A stretch of 64,000 nucleotides of DNA from an uncultured Acetatifactor sp. (GTDB taxonomy: Bacteria; Bacillota; Clostridia; Lachnospirales; Lachnospiraceae). The stretch is taken from contig CAJUAP010000017.1 in NCBI GenBank assembly GCA_910584435.1, positions 222-64,221 on the forward strand, read 5' to 3'. Numbering within the stretch: the first letter of the stretch is position 1; the number at the start of each line of letters is the position of its first letter. The translations under genes were made by a program, and so were the position numbers. Below the pieces are notes generated by a model. The model was not told the DNA's origin and made no database searches. It saw only the letters and a list, made by a program, of their open reading frames with translations. Positions 20,827 to 30,642 of this stretch are shown here, in pieces.

Positions 20827-21183
20827 AGATAATTCCCCTTTCTGCTATACTATGAATTCGTCTTATTTTTATTATACTATTATACTATTATAATAATTAA
20901 AAGTCAAGCAATTAGAAAGCATTCTTCCAATAAGTCTTTGTTGTAAGATATAACAGGGCTGCTTTTTGAGTGGAAGGCAGGGGTAGGGCTAAAGTTCCGG
21001 TCAATTCATAATGGAAAGAGTATGTCCGGTTGGTCAGGGATGGGGAAAAGGAAAGGCATCGTATCGTCTTTGGCGGATGTTTTTTGCGGCGGTAAAACTT
21101 GCCTTTCCGGTATTGTTGATGTAAAATGGGGAAAGGATTCTATTTCAAGCATACCATCATTTGCGTCAGGGGGCAGTATCAAT

Positions 21184-22146
21184 ATGAAAATAGTGATTTT
21201 GGAGCGGAACAGTGTGGGTGAGGATGTATCGGTAGCATGTCTCAGCGACTTTGGGCAGGTTACGGCATACGGCAATACGGTAACTGCAGAGGAAGTCCGC
21301 GACAGGGTTCGGGATGCGGATATTGTCATTGCCAACAAGTCCCCTATGTGCGAGGCGACCTTAAAGGATGCGCCCAATGTGAAGCTTATTTGTGAGTTTG
21401 CCACAGGTTACGATAATTGCGACCTTGCTTATTGTAATGCCAGGGGGATTAAAGTTGCCAATGTGAGAGATTACTGCACTGCCATGGTGGCCCAGCATAC
21501 CTTTACCATGGCGCTTGCGCTGAGTCAGAAATTGTTTCATTATGATACCTATGTGAAATCCGGGGCGTATAGTGCCCAGGACAGATTCTCTAACTTCGAC
21601 ATCCCTTTTTATGAATTAGAGGGTAAGACATGGGGAATTGTGGGAATGGGGAATATAGGGAGACGTGTGGCGAAGATTGCAGCAGCCTTTGGATGCAGGG
21701 TAATCTTCTATTCCATCACCGGAAAAAGCACATGTACGGAATATTGTCAGGTAGATAAGGAAATGCTGCTTTCCGAGAGTGATTTTCTGTCACTGCATTG
21801 TCCGCTGAGTGAATTGTCGCGGCATTTTATTGATGCAGCGGCACTGGAATGCATGAAAAATACAGCGGTACTGCTGAATGTGGCAAGGGGCGCAGTGGTG
21901 GACAATATGGCTCTGTACCAGGCGCTTATGGAGGGGAAAATTGCAGCAGCAGGTCTGGATGTGCTGGAGAAGGAGCCATTGGATGCAGCCCATCCCCTGT
22001 GCAGCATTCGGGACAGTAACCGTCTGCTGGTGACACCCCATTTGGCGTGGGCCAGTGTGGAGGCCAGAACCCGCTGCGTACAGGAGGCATATCGGAATAT
22101 TGAAGCATTTCTGCAGGGCGGGGCCAGAAATCTGGTAGTTTCGTGA
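21184..22146 (+). CDS. D-2-hydroxyacid dehydrogenase
   Basis: Motifs GIVGMGNIG, SLHCPL, NVARG, LDVLEKEP and TPHLAW. Confidence 0.92.
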   Translation: MKIVILERNSVGEDVSVACLSDFGQVTAYGNTVTAEEVRDRVRDADIVIANKSPMCEATLKDAPNVKLICEFATGYDNCDLAYCNARGIKVANVRDYCTAMVAQHTFTMALALSQKLFHYDTYVKSGAYSAQDRFSNFDIPFYELEGKTWGIVGMGNIGRRVAKIAAAFGCRVIFYSITGKSTCTEYCQVDKEMLLSESDFLSLHCPLSELSRHFIDAAALECMKNTAVLLNVARGAVVDNMALYQALMEGKIAAAGLDVLEKEPLDAAHPLCSIRDSNRLLVTPHLAWASVEARTRCVQEAYRNIEAFLQGGARNLVVS

Positions 22147-22195
22147 CATGGAAAGACAGGAATAAGATAGAAAGAGGGGAGGTATAAAGGAAGGT

Positions 22196-22262
22196 GGGGA
22201 TAGAAAGACGGGCAGGGATAGAAAGAAAGGGATAGAAAGAAAGGGATAGAAAGAAAGGGAGA
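22196..22262. repeat. purine-rich 14-bp tandem repeat
   Basis: GGGATAGAAAGAAA repeated about 3-4 times. Confidence 0.75.
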
Positions 22263-22277
22263 GGAGGGGGTTGACGG

Positions 22278-23888
22278 ATGGGGTTGTTTCTAAACAGTAA
22301 CGCGCCATATGAGGGATACAGGGAAGTCCTGCGGGATGTATATTTTGTTGATAAGTCATTGTTCTTGAGTGAACTGGTACCTTCTTTCGGAAAGAGAAAC
22401 CGCTATTTCTGTATTACACGGCCCAGGCGCTTTGGCAAGACAGTGATGGCGAATATGGTTGGGGCGTTCTTTGGCAAAACGAACCAAAAGGATAAAATAT
22501 TTGCGCAGCTTGCCGTGGCAGAAGAGAAAATGTACAATACGCATTTGAATCAGCATGATGTGATTTATATAGATTTCAGCAGGGGAGCAAAAGGAGTTAA
22601 AAGTTATGCTCAGTATATCAGCCGTATTGAGAACGGGATGATGGAGGATTTCATGGAGGATTACGCAGACTGCGGCATATGCAGGGATGCTTCGGTGTGG
22701 GATGCCTTACAGAAAATATATGAACGGACAGAACATAAATTTCTATTTGTGATAGATGAATGGGATGCGGTTTTCCATATGCCTTTTATTTCTGAGGATG
22801 AGCAGAAAGAATACCTTCTGTTTTTAAAATGGCTGTTGAAGGATCAGCCATATGTGGAATTCGCATATATGACGGGAGTTCTGCCGATTTCAAAATATTC
22901 AAGCGGTTCAGAGCTGAATATGTTTGTGGAATATGATATGGTAACATCGGAGAAGTTCAGTGGGTATTTTGGCTTTCTTGACGGGGAAGTGGATCGCCTG
23001 TATGATATTTACCGGAGAGAAACAAAAGCACCGAAATTCGGCAGGGAAGATTTGCGCACATGGTATAATGGTTACTATACCGCTGTCGGTGCCAGGCTGT
23101 ATAACCCCCGTTCTGTTGTTTTGGCATTGACGGATAATCAGCTTCGGAATTACTGGACCAGTTCGGGACCATATGATGAATTGTTCTATTATATACGTAA
23201 CAACATTGATGATGTGCGGGACGATTTGGTTCTTATGGTGTCGGGAGAGCGTGTCCTGGCAGATATCGGTCAATTTGCTGCCGCGTCCATGGAGATAAGT
23301 TCCAGGGAACAGATTTATTCGGCAATGGTGGTTTACGGGCTTCTGACCTATACGGAAGGGGAAGTATTGATACCGAATAAGGAATTGATGGATAAGTATA
23401 ACGAACTGCTATTATCCAGGGATTCTCTGGGATATGTCTATAAGCTTGCCAGAAAGTCAGAGCAGATGCTTCAGGCTACCCTGGCCGGTAATACAAAAAT
23501 AATGGAAGAAATCCTGCAGTTTGCGCACGATACGGAATCTCCAATCCTGTCATATAACAGTGAAACCGAGTTGTCGGCTGTGGTAAATTTATGTTATCTG
23601 TCCGCTCGCAATAAATATCGGGTGGAACGGGAAGATAAGGCAGGAAAAGGGTTTGTGGATTTTATTTTTTATCCTGAGCGGAAGAACAGTGACTGCATTA
23701 TACTTGAACTGAAAGTTGACAGTACGCCGGAAGAAGCGATTGCCCAGGTGAAAGATAAGGGATATGCTTTACGATTCCAGGGGAAGCTGGGGGAAGATGT
23801 CAAATACACCGGGAGGATATTGGCGGTTGGCATCAGTTACCATAAGCAGACCAAAAAGCATAATTGCAAAATAGAAGTACTGGAATAA
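22278..23888 (+). CDS. AAA-ATPase-like protein with C-terminal PD-(D/E)XK domain
   Basis: Motifs YFVDKS, RPRRFGKT (Walker A), IDEWD, WYNGY, YNPRS and E...GFVD...ILELK. Confidence 0.9.
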   Translation: MGLFLNSNAPYEGYREVLRDVYFVDKSLFLSELVPSFGKRNRYFCITRPRRFGKTVMANMVGAFFGKTNQKDKIFAQLAVAEEKMYNTHLNQHDVIYIDFSRGAKGVKSYAQYISRIENGMMEDFMEDYADCGICRDASVWDALQKIYERTEHKFLFVIDEWDAVFHMPFISEDEQKEYLLFLKWLLKDQPYVEFAYMTGVLPISKYSSGSELNMFVEYDMVTSEKFSGYFGFLDGEVDRLYDIYRRETKAPKFGREDLRTWYNGYYTAVGARLYNPRSVVLALTDNQLRNYWTSSGPYDELFYYIRNNIDDVRDDLVLMVSGERVLADIGQFAAASMEISSREQIYSAMVVYGLLTYTEGEVLIPNKELMDKYNELLLSRDSLGYVYKLARKSEQMLQATLAGNTKIMEEILQFAHDTESPILSYNSETELSAVVNLCYLSARNKYRVEREDKAGKGFVDFIFYPERKNSDCIILELKVDSTPEEAIAQVKDKGYALRFQGKLGEDVKYTGRILAVGISYHKQTKKHNCKIEVLE

Positions 23889-23941
23889 AAATATTGGAAT
23901 AAGAATATTGGAATAAAAATATTGGAATAAGAATATTGGAA
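23881..23941. repeat. 14-bp tandem repeat starting at the ATPase stop codon
   Basis: TGGAATAA(A/G)AATAT repeated four times plus a partial copy. Confidence 0.9.
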
Positions 23942-23988
23942 CGAAAGTACCAAAAGTATAATGATGAGAAAAACGGAGAGGCTTGAAC

Positions 23989-24450
23989 ATGGAGAAAATT
24001 AAGGAATTATGTATCAAATATGAGGAGATTATCACATATCTTATCGTAGGTGTGCTGAACACGCTGGTATCATGGGGAGCATGGTTCCTGTGCGCGTTTA
24101 CCATTTTGGATGCGCAGGTAGTGTGGCAGAATGTAGCCCTCACCCTGATTTCCTGGGGGGTGGGTGTTGTATTCGGCTATGTGATGAACAGGAAGTATGT
24201 GTTCAAAAGCACTGACCCTGATATCAGGAGGGAGTTCCTGCAGTTTTCAGGGGGAAGGGTGTCCACCGGAATACTGGATGGTGTGATGATGGTGCTCATG
24301 GTGAATATTCTTACCATCAATGAATCCTTCTCCAAGATTTTCGTCTCCGTATTGGTAATGATTGGAAATTATCTCATAAGCAAGCTGTTCGTGTTTAAGA
24401 AGGATAAGAAGACAGAAGATGTGGAGACGAAGAACAGAGATGAAGAATGA
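23989..24450 (+). CDS. GtrA-family protein
   Basis: YLIVGVLNT, NRKYVF and NYLISKLFVF; four TM segments. Confidence 0.9.
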   Translation: MEKIKELCIKYEEIITYLIVGVLNTLVSWGAWFLCAFTILDAQVVWQNVALTLISWGVGVVFGYVMNRKYVFKSTDPDIRREFLQFSGGRVSTGILDGVMMVLMVNILTINESFSKIFVSVLVMIGNYLISKLFVFKKDKKTEDVETKNRDEE

Positions 24451-24611
24451 AGATGAAGGATGAAGATGAAGAATGAAGGTGAAGATGAAGGTGAAGATGA
24501 AGAATGCAGGCGGGTGAAGGGGAATGCAACGGCCTGATATTGTGCAGATATAGATTCAGGGCGGCATTGAGGAAAGTACTTCCCAATGCCGCCCTTTGCT
24601 GCAGCGTCCTG

Positions 24612-25739
24612 CTATCTGACTTGATGCCTGGAAAATGTCCTTTTCGCACAGGGGATTCCAATGAGAATGGCTGCAAGGGTAACGGGCAGGGAGAGCAGCA
24701 TGATTTGCACATCACTCAGGGCAATGGGCAAGGGATGGGGAAGATAAAACAAGTTGATTATCTTCAGCTGATGTATGGGCAGCAGGGCGCATACAATGTA
24801 CAGGAGCTTGTTGATACTGCTGTCCATGGGAATGCTCAGGGGAGCCAGCAGGACCGTGGCCGAGATTATCATGGATGCATAGGAATTCCTGGAAAGGGCG
24901 GAAATCAATAGGATTAAAGCCGTATACACAATAATGCCTGAGAACAGGAGCAGCAGCACAAGAGCAAAAGCCTGCCCCAGGTACAGGGTATAATACTGCA
25001 GACTCATAAATTTACTTAACTGAATAGAAGAATCCAGACCTGTAAAACCATAACAGAAGAATAAACACAGGAGGAATATAGTTAAAATGACCAGAGAACC
25101 TCCCAGGGAAATGATATAGGCTGCAGTTATTTTGGCGGTGGGGCATTTGGTGCGCCCCTGACTTCCGGTGAGAACCAACGCATCTGTATGTCGGCTGTAT
25201 TCCTCGGAGAAGACAGGACTAAGTATGACAGCCAGAACGCAGGCCCATACAGGGAAGACATCCGGTAAGGTGGCGAGCATACAACTCCAGCCCTCGGAAT
25301 ATCCAAGAATTAACTCTGGCGCCAATTCGCCATACACATCTTCCACAGTCTCACCGGTATAGGTGCCGTCAGGATTGAGGAAAAAGCCCTTTATGAGATC
25401 ATACAGGTAATTATGGGTATAGCGTATCTGGGTGTCCGGGTTCATATTATTTTTTTCCATGGCTGCAGCAGAAAAAGAGTAGTTCTCTATGATGTTCTGC
25501 ATTTTCTCTGTGGTAAAAGGCCCTTCATAAAGAGAAATGATTTCCTGATTGCGCCTGACTGCCGCCATGCCTTTGTAAGTTTTCATCTCACCGTCTATTT
25601 CTTCACGGACGATGGTGTTGATGGGGAAAACCCATAAGCAGAGCATGTATGCGGTATAAATTGCCAGACCAGCCAGGGAAGCGAATACCAGGGGCCTGTG
25701 CAGCAGCTTGCCCAATTCAAAACGTATTAATTCTTTCAT
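24612..25739 (-). CDS. ABC transporter permease
   Basis: FELGKL N-terminus, SPVFSEEY, multiple TM segments. Confidence 0.85.
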   Translation of the reverse strand: MKELIRFELGKLLHRPLVFASLAGLAIYTAYMLCLWVFPINTIVREEIDGEMKTYKGMAAVRRNQEIISLYEGPFTTEKMQNIIENYSFSAAAMEKNNMNPDTQIRYTHNYLYDLIKGFFLNPDGTYTGETVEDVYGELAPELILGYSEGWSCMLATLPDVFPVWACVLAVILSPVFSEEYSRHTDALVLTGSQGRTKCPTAKITAAYIISLGGSLVILTIFLLCLFFCYGFTGLDSSIQLSKFMSLQYYTLYLGQAFALVLLLLFSGIIVYTALILLISALSRNSYASMIISATVLLAPLSIPMDSSINKLLYIVCALLPIHQLKIINLFYLPHPLPIALSDVQIMLLSLPVTLAAILIGIPCAKRTFSRHQVR

Positions 25740-26611
25740 ATTGTTTTACCCTCCTCACTAAAATAGTATAAGTATAAGTCCTCCAGGTTAGGGGCGGCCG
25801 GTACTGCGGATTCCAGCGGCTGGCTGTCATGAATGATGCGCAGTATGGTCATATCATTCTCGGAACGCAGGTTGCTGATGGTATAACGTTCTCTGAGGGT
25901 GGGGACTTCCTCATTGGGTACCTGGCATTCCCATACTTTTCCGTCAATTCTGTGGATGATTTTATCAGGTTTTCCTTCGTGTATAAATTGCCCTTTCTTC
26001 ATCATCAGAATGTGCCCGGCAATGTATTCCACATCCGATACAATGTGAGTGGACAGCAGCACGATTTTATTGTGGGAAAAGGAGCTGATCAGGTTGCGGA
26101 AGCGCACTCGCTCTTTGGGGTCCAGGCCCGCTGTGGGTTCGTCCAGGATCAGTATCCTGGGGTCATTGAGCATGGCCTGGGCAATGCCGAGGCGCTGCTT
26201 CATACCGCCGGAGAACGTCTTAATTTTCTTATCCTTTACCTGGAGCAGGTCTACTTCATCCAGAAGCTGCAGGGAGCGTTCCCTGGCAAAGGTTTTGGAA
26301 AGTCCCTTGATGGCGGACATATACATGAGGAATTTGTAAGCGCTGAAATCGGGATAATATCCAAAATCCTGAGGCAGATACCCTAATTGATTACGATAAC
26401 GTTCCCCGGCGGTCTGAATATCCAGGCCGTCATAGCAGATGCTTCCTGCAGTGGGGGATTGAATGTCGCAGATGAGACGCATCAGGGTAGTTTTCCCGGA
26501 CCCGTTTGCGCCTAACAGGCCGTAAATGCCACAGGTTAATGTGGTGTTGAGGTTATCTACCGCGATAAGGGAACCATATTGTTTGGTAAGATGTTCCAAT
26601 TGAAGTTCCAT
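25736..26611 (-). CDS. ABC transporter ATP-binding protein
   Basis: Motifs GANGSGKT, FSGGMKQR and LDEPTAGLD. Confidence 0.95.
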   Translation of the reverse strand: MELQLEHLTKQYGSLIAVDNLNTTLTCGIYGLLGANGSGKTTLMRLICDIQSPTAGSICYDGLDIQTAGERYRNQLGYLPQDFGYYPDFSAYKFLMYMSAIKGLSKTFARERSLQLLDEVDLLQVKDKKIKTFSGGMKQRLGIAQAMLNDPRILILDEPTAGLDPKERVRFRNLISSFSHNKIVLLSTHIVSDVEYIAGHILMMKKGQFIHEGKPDKIIHRIDGKVWECQVPNEEVPTLRERYTISNLRSENDMTILRIIHDSQPLESAVPAAPNLEDLYLYYFSEEGKTI

Positions 26612-26654
26612 ATTCTTCTCCTTTCAGTGTGTGAGCTGTGCGGCTTACGTGTGG

Positions 26655-27509
26655 TTATACATGTAATGTGGGCTGGGTGGTGTATACAAAATATTTTCTG
26701 GTGCAGAGCCGGAGGGCGCATAAGAAGAAGAGGGCCATTGCGCCAAGAGAGGCTCCCAGGAAAATGGTGTCCAATGTTATGTCATCGAGATTCTCATAAG
26801 TATGTTCCGGCAGCAGTGCTATCATAAATTCTGCAAGCGCTGCCAGGGCATAGGCGGCCAGCAGCACGAGCTGATGAAGGAGATTCCCGAAGTGCTGTAA
26901 TAACCACAGGCACAGGGCGGAGACCAGGAAAAAAGGAAGCAGTGTACAGCAGGCAAACTGCCAGAGCAGACCCCCAGCCATATGGAATGCAGCCAGAGCT
27001 GCAGTCAATACGATAAAATCTGCAGCACTGATGATACAAATCCGCAGGAAAAAAAGTTTCGTCAGATTGTAGCGGCAGGCGGCTTCCATTTCCCACATGT
27101 TATGTCCAAAGCTTTTGGATATCTCGTTGATTAGAAGCCCTGTCAATATGGGAGTCAGAGACATAAGGCAGAACGTGACCGCCTGCAGAGCATGTGCAAA
27201 TGAAAAGCAGAACAGGATGATCAGGATACCGGCCTGTAACGGGAAGAACCAGGGGGACATATAGGAGATCTGGGAGGAAATCTTCTCTGCCAGGGTTTGG
27301 TGCCCCATGTAATCCATGAACAAGGCTTCTTCCGTAAGCTGGCGGATAAATGCATCACGCTTATGCGGGTCCGGTGTGGGTGGAGGATTCTGTTCCAATA
27401 TCTGTAATATTTGTTTCTGTGATGGCTGCTGCGGCGTCTTCATTTCCGATGTCCGTCTTAATTTATTTGATAATTTTATGTGTTCCGGATCAAATTTCAA
27501 TTCTTCCAC
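26655..27509 (-). CDS. membrane protein (putative anti-sigma)
   Basis: Directly downstream of the ECF sigma gene; ~6 TM segments. Confidence 0.7.
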   Translation of the reverse strand: MEELKFDPEHIKLSNKLRRTSEMKTPQQPSQKQILQILEQNPPPTPDPHKRDAFIRQLTEEALFMDYMGHQTLAEKISSQISYMSPWFFPLQAGILIILFCFSFAHALQAVTFCLMSLTPILTGLLINEISKSFGHNMWEMEAACRYNLTKLFFLRICIISAADFIVLTAALAAFHMAGGLLWQFACCTLLPFFLVSALCLWLLQHFGNLLHQLVLLAAYALAALAEFMIALLPEHTYENLDDITLDTIFLGASLGAMALFFLCALRLCTRKYFVYTTQPTLHV

Positions 27510-27525
27510 CTTCTTTCGATAAAAT

Positions 27526-28104
27526 TTACGCTAATCCAGTTTGTTGAAAGTATTCCTGTAATTTTCCGGTTCCGGCGCGGAGGCGGGTTTTGACCGTGGA
27601 TAGCGGTACACCTGTTATGTGGGCAATTTCCCACTGCTTGTAACCATAATAGTAGAATAGTATCATGACTTCCCGCTGGGTATCCGGTAATTTCTGCAAG
27701 GCAGACTGTATCAACAGCCTTGATTCCACCTGGCTTTCGGGTGAAGGCTGGCTGGGAGTACAGGAAGAAATTGCAGGCTGTTCTGCGGCAGTAATGTCAA
27801 AGCCGGCATATTGTTCCAGGGTGTCCAAGGGGATGGGGCGACGGCTGCATTTACGAAAATGGTCCCGGCATACATTCAGTGCAATCTGTAGCAGATAGGA
27901 TTTAAAACGGCTGCGTTCCGTGTAATTGTCCAGAAAACGCAGCAAGTGGCAGAAGGTTTCCTGGGTACAATCATAGGCAGAATGCTCGTTGCCGGTTTGG
28001 TAGTAACAGTATCGAAAAACCTCGTTATAGTATTTTTCTGCCAATTGTCCAAACAGTGCTCTGTCGCCCTGTTTGATGCGATTGACCAATTCGTAGTCCT
28101 GCAA
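27526..28104 (-). CDS. ECF RNA polymerase sigma factor
   Basis: Region 2 (DCTQETF, YLLQIALN) and region 4 (EIAHITGVPLSTVKTRL). Confidence 0.93.
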   Translation of the reverse strand: MQDYELVNRIKQGDRALFGQLAEKYYNEVFRYCYYQTGNEHSAYDCTQETFCHLLRFLDNYTERSRFKSYLLQIALNVCRDHFRKCSRRPIPLDTLEQYAGFDITAAEQPAISSCTPSQPSPESQVESRLLIQSALQKLPDTQREVMILFYYYGYKQWEIAHITGVPLSTVKTRLRAGTGKLQEYFQQTGLA

Positions 28105-28154
28105 GGTATCTCCTTTCTTGTGTAAAAGGTATTTCTTTCACATCTTCTATATAG

Positions 28155-28183
28155 TAAACGTATGAAAGGGACAAAAAGTTTGC
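28155..28183 (-). promoter_or_regulatory. ECF-type autoregulatory promoter
   Basis: Minus strand reads GCAAAC-N17-CGTTTA, matching the AAC/CGT ECF consensus. Confidence 0.6.
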
Positions 28184-28244
28184 TCTGTATATAAATTTAT
28201 TCTATTTTATTTTACCGGATTATGAAAAGGTTATGTTATATACC

Positions 28245-28376
28245 GAAGCGTTTGGTGGAGAAGAAGCGTTTTGGAAGGCGAAAGTGTCTAAAACATAGAG
28301 GAAACGTTTGGCGGAGAGGAAGTGTTGAAAGCATAGAGGAAGCGTTTTGTGAGGCGAAAGTGTCTAAAACATAGCG
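28245..28376. repeat. degenerate direct repeats
   Basis: AGGCGAAAGTGTCTAAAACATAG occurs twice 76 bp apart, with several GAAGCGTTT units. Confidence 0.75.
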
Positions 28377-28524
28377 AAATTGCTTTGATGGATAGGGGGC
28401 AGGGGAGTAAAGAATGGGTTTGTCAAATCGGCGGCAGCAATGCATTCGGGTGTTAGCGGGGCTGGGGTTTGAGAGGGAGATATGGCGGGAAAGGGGCTGC
28501 GGAATATACCGCAGCCTTGATGTC

Positions 28525-29223
28525 TTATATGTTCTGAACCATTTCCATCACCAGTGCTGCTGAATGCTTTGCGGCCTGCGCCTCAAAGGTGGGATAATCC
28601 ATTTCAGCGCTGTTATCCGCCTTGTCGGAAATGGCACGGATAATGACGAAGGGGATATGGTTCAGATATGCGCCATGGGCAATGGAAGCGCCTTCCATCT
28701 CTGTACAGTCTCCCTGGAATTCTGCGATCAGGTGTTCTTTCACGTTCTTGTCAGAGATAAACTGATCTCCGCTGACCACCCTGCCTATGCGGACATGGAG
28801 GCCGGGATTGACCTTCTGGCAGGCTTCCTGTGCCAGTGATGCCAGGCGCCGGTCCGCGGTAAATTCCCGAAAGCCCATCTGAGGAACTTCCCCTGATTTG
28901 TATCCGAAAATGGTTACATCCATGTCGTAGTGTAAAGCATCTTTGGATATGAGAATGTCGCCGATATCCAGTTCTGCGTTCAGGGAGCCGGCCACGCCGG
29001 TATTGATCACATGTGTTACCTGGAACACATCTGCCAAAATCTGCACACAGAGAGCAGCGTTTACTTTTCCGATACCGCACCGGACTACCACAACAGAGGC
29101 ACCGTTCAATTTGCCCTCGTGGAAATCCATTCCTGCCTTTGTAATGATGTTTGATTCTGTCATTTCTGCTTTCAGCCGTTCTACTTCCAGCTCCATAGCG
29201 CCGATAATTCCAATTTTATTCAT
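28525..29223 (-). CDS. mtnN: 5'-methylthioadenosine/S-adenosylhomocysteine nucleosidase
   Basis: Motifs GIIGAME, GIGKVNAA, GDQFI, EMEG and RAISDKA. Confidence 0.95.
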   Translation of the reverse strand: MNKIGIIGAMELEVERLKAEMTESNIITKAGMDFHEGKLNGASVVVVRCGIGKVNAALCVQILADVFQVTHVINTGVAGSLNAELDIGDILISKDALHYDMDVTIFGYKSGEVPQMGFREFTADRRLASLAQEACQKVNPGLHVRIGRVVSGDQFISDKNVKEHLIAEFQGDCTEMEGASIAHGAYLNHIPFVIIRAISDKADNSAEMDYPTFEAQAAKHSAALVMEMVQNI

Positions 29224-29275
29224 TTGGGTGTCCTTTCTGTTGGCACAGTTTCCTGTTGTTTTGTAATATGTTATC

Positions 29276-29376
29276 AGTTACGGTTCAGCGTCAGCATGCG
29301 CCAAAACGCGGCTCAAAGTGAACAAGTTCACCTGCGTTTTGCGTGCCTAAAGCCTTCTGCGAAGGCTTTAGGCATA
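29276..29376. repeat. palindromic intergenic element (two hairpins)
   Basis: CAAAACGCGG..GTGAAC-AA-GTTCAC..CTGCGTTTTG, plus a perfect 14-bp IR TGCCTAAAGCCTTC/GAAGGCTTTAGGCA. Confidence 0.65.
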
Positions 29377-29479
29377 CATAATTATACATGTATTTCCATA
29401 GGAAGGATGTCCGGGGTAAATGATGGCTGAACTGTTACACTATTTTGGTATATGTGACAGGATTATCAGTGATGGACAG

Positions 29480-29959
29480 TTATTGAGGATATATCAGTCG
29501 GCTGTCATCAACTTGATAGAGTACCTCATCCAGATACTTTTTGGCCAGGTAGTTTGCCATGGGAAGGTTCATATCCAGATAATTGCCGCAGTCCATGGGG
29601 GAAGCACCCGGCACTTCGTCCTTGAAATCACGGATAAATTCATACAGTTGAATCATAAGCGGCACAATATCCCTGGAGGTGTAATCTCCTGCCAGCAGCA
29701 GATAGAAGCCGGTACGGCATCCCATGGGGCCGAAATAAATGGTTTTGTCCTTGTACTGGGGATGATTGCGCAGGAAGGTGGCGGCCAGATGTTCAATGGT
29801 GTGCATCTCCGCAGTGTTCATAACAGGTTCATCGTTGGGGCTTGTCATGCGCAGGTCAAAGGTGGTGATTACCTCAGAACCCACCGTATCCTTCCGCGAC
29901 ACATAGATGCCGGGCTGAAGTTTGATATGGTTTATGGTAAAACTTGCAATTTTTTCCAT
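29480..29959 (-). CDS. luxS: S-ribosylhomocysteine lyase
   Basis: Motifs HTIEHL, GPMGCRTGFY and CGNY. Confidence 0.97.
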   Translation of the reverse strand: MEKIASFTINHIKLQPGIYVSRKDTVGSEVITTFDLRMTSPNDEPVMNTAEMHTIEHLAATFLRNHPQYKDKTIYFGPMGCRTGFYLLLAGDYTSRDIVPLMIQLYEFIRDFKDEVPGASPMDCGNYLDMNLPMANYLAKKYLDEVLYQVDDSRLIYPQ

Positions 29960-30017
29960 AGGGTTGATTTCCTTTCTATATTTTGTGATGATGAGGCGTT
30001 AAAATTTCAATGATTGA

Positions 30018-30074
30018 GAGGTATTAATCTTCAATAGAGGTATTAATCTTCAATAGAGGTATTAATCTTCAATA
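30018..30074. repeat. 19-bp perfect tandem repeat x3
   Basis: AGAGGTATTAATCTTCAAT x3 upstream of luxS. Confidence 0.9.
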
Positions 30075-30383
30075 ATTGAAAGAATTCAAATCTTCATTAA
30101 TTATGAGGAATGAATCCTTATTTATTGTATTGAGAAAAGAGGGAAATGTCAAGGTCTTGACGCGCCTGGTTTAAAATGATATGGTATACTCATGAAAGCA
30201 TTTATCTGCCGCTTTCTGTTCAACATTGCCGATGCGTTCACTCGTTATACATTTAGGTCGGCAAATGTTTTTGTTCATGAGTATAAATAATGGCAGCAGC
30301 TCAGTGGCCGGCCCGCTTAGAGTTGGTAAGAAATAAAGCCGGAGGCCCGGTGAGGCAGAATATGTGAAGGAGGTTATGGAGAA

Positions 30384-30611
30384 ATGAATGCGGCGTCTAT
30401 TATGAAGCTGATGAATGCAAAGAACCAATTTAGTAAAAATCACCCTAAATTTGAGGCATTTTTAAATTCGGCTTTTTCAAGGCCCATGGAAGAGGGGAGT
30501 GTCATAGAAATTACAGTTACAAGGCCGGGGGAAGAACCTGTTACGGCAAATATCAAGGTATTGCAGTCGGATTTGGAACTGCTGGAAGAGTTAAAGGAGC
30601 TTTCACGGTAA
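30384..30611 (+). CDS. small hypothetical protein
   Basis: 76-codon ORF with RBS; NHPKF motif. Confidence 0.75.
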   Translation: MNAASIMKLMNAKNQFSKNHPKFEAFLNSAFSRPMEEGSVIEITVTRPGEEPVTANIKVLQSDLELLEELKELSR

Positions 30612-30642
30612 GCTGCAAAAGATGCATTTACAGGAGGGTGGG

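Noticed and set aside
28245..28376. two 23-bp repeats 76 bp apart as a mini-CRISPR
   Set aside because: Only two copies, and the intervening DNA consists of related degenerate units.
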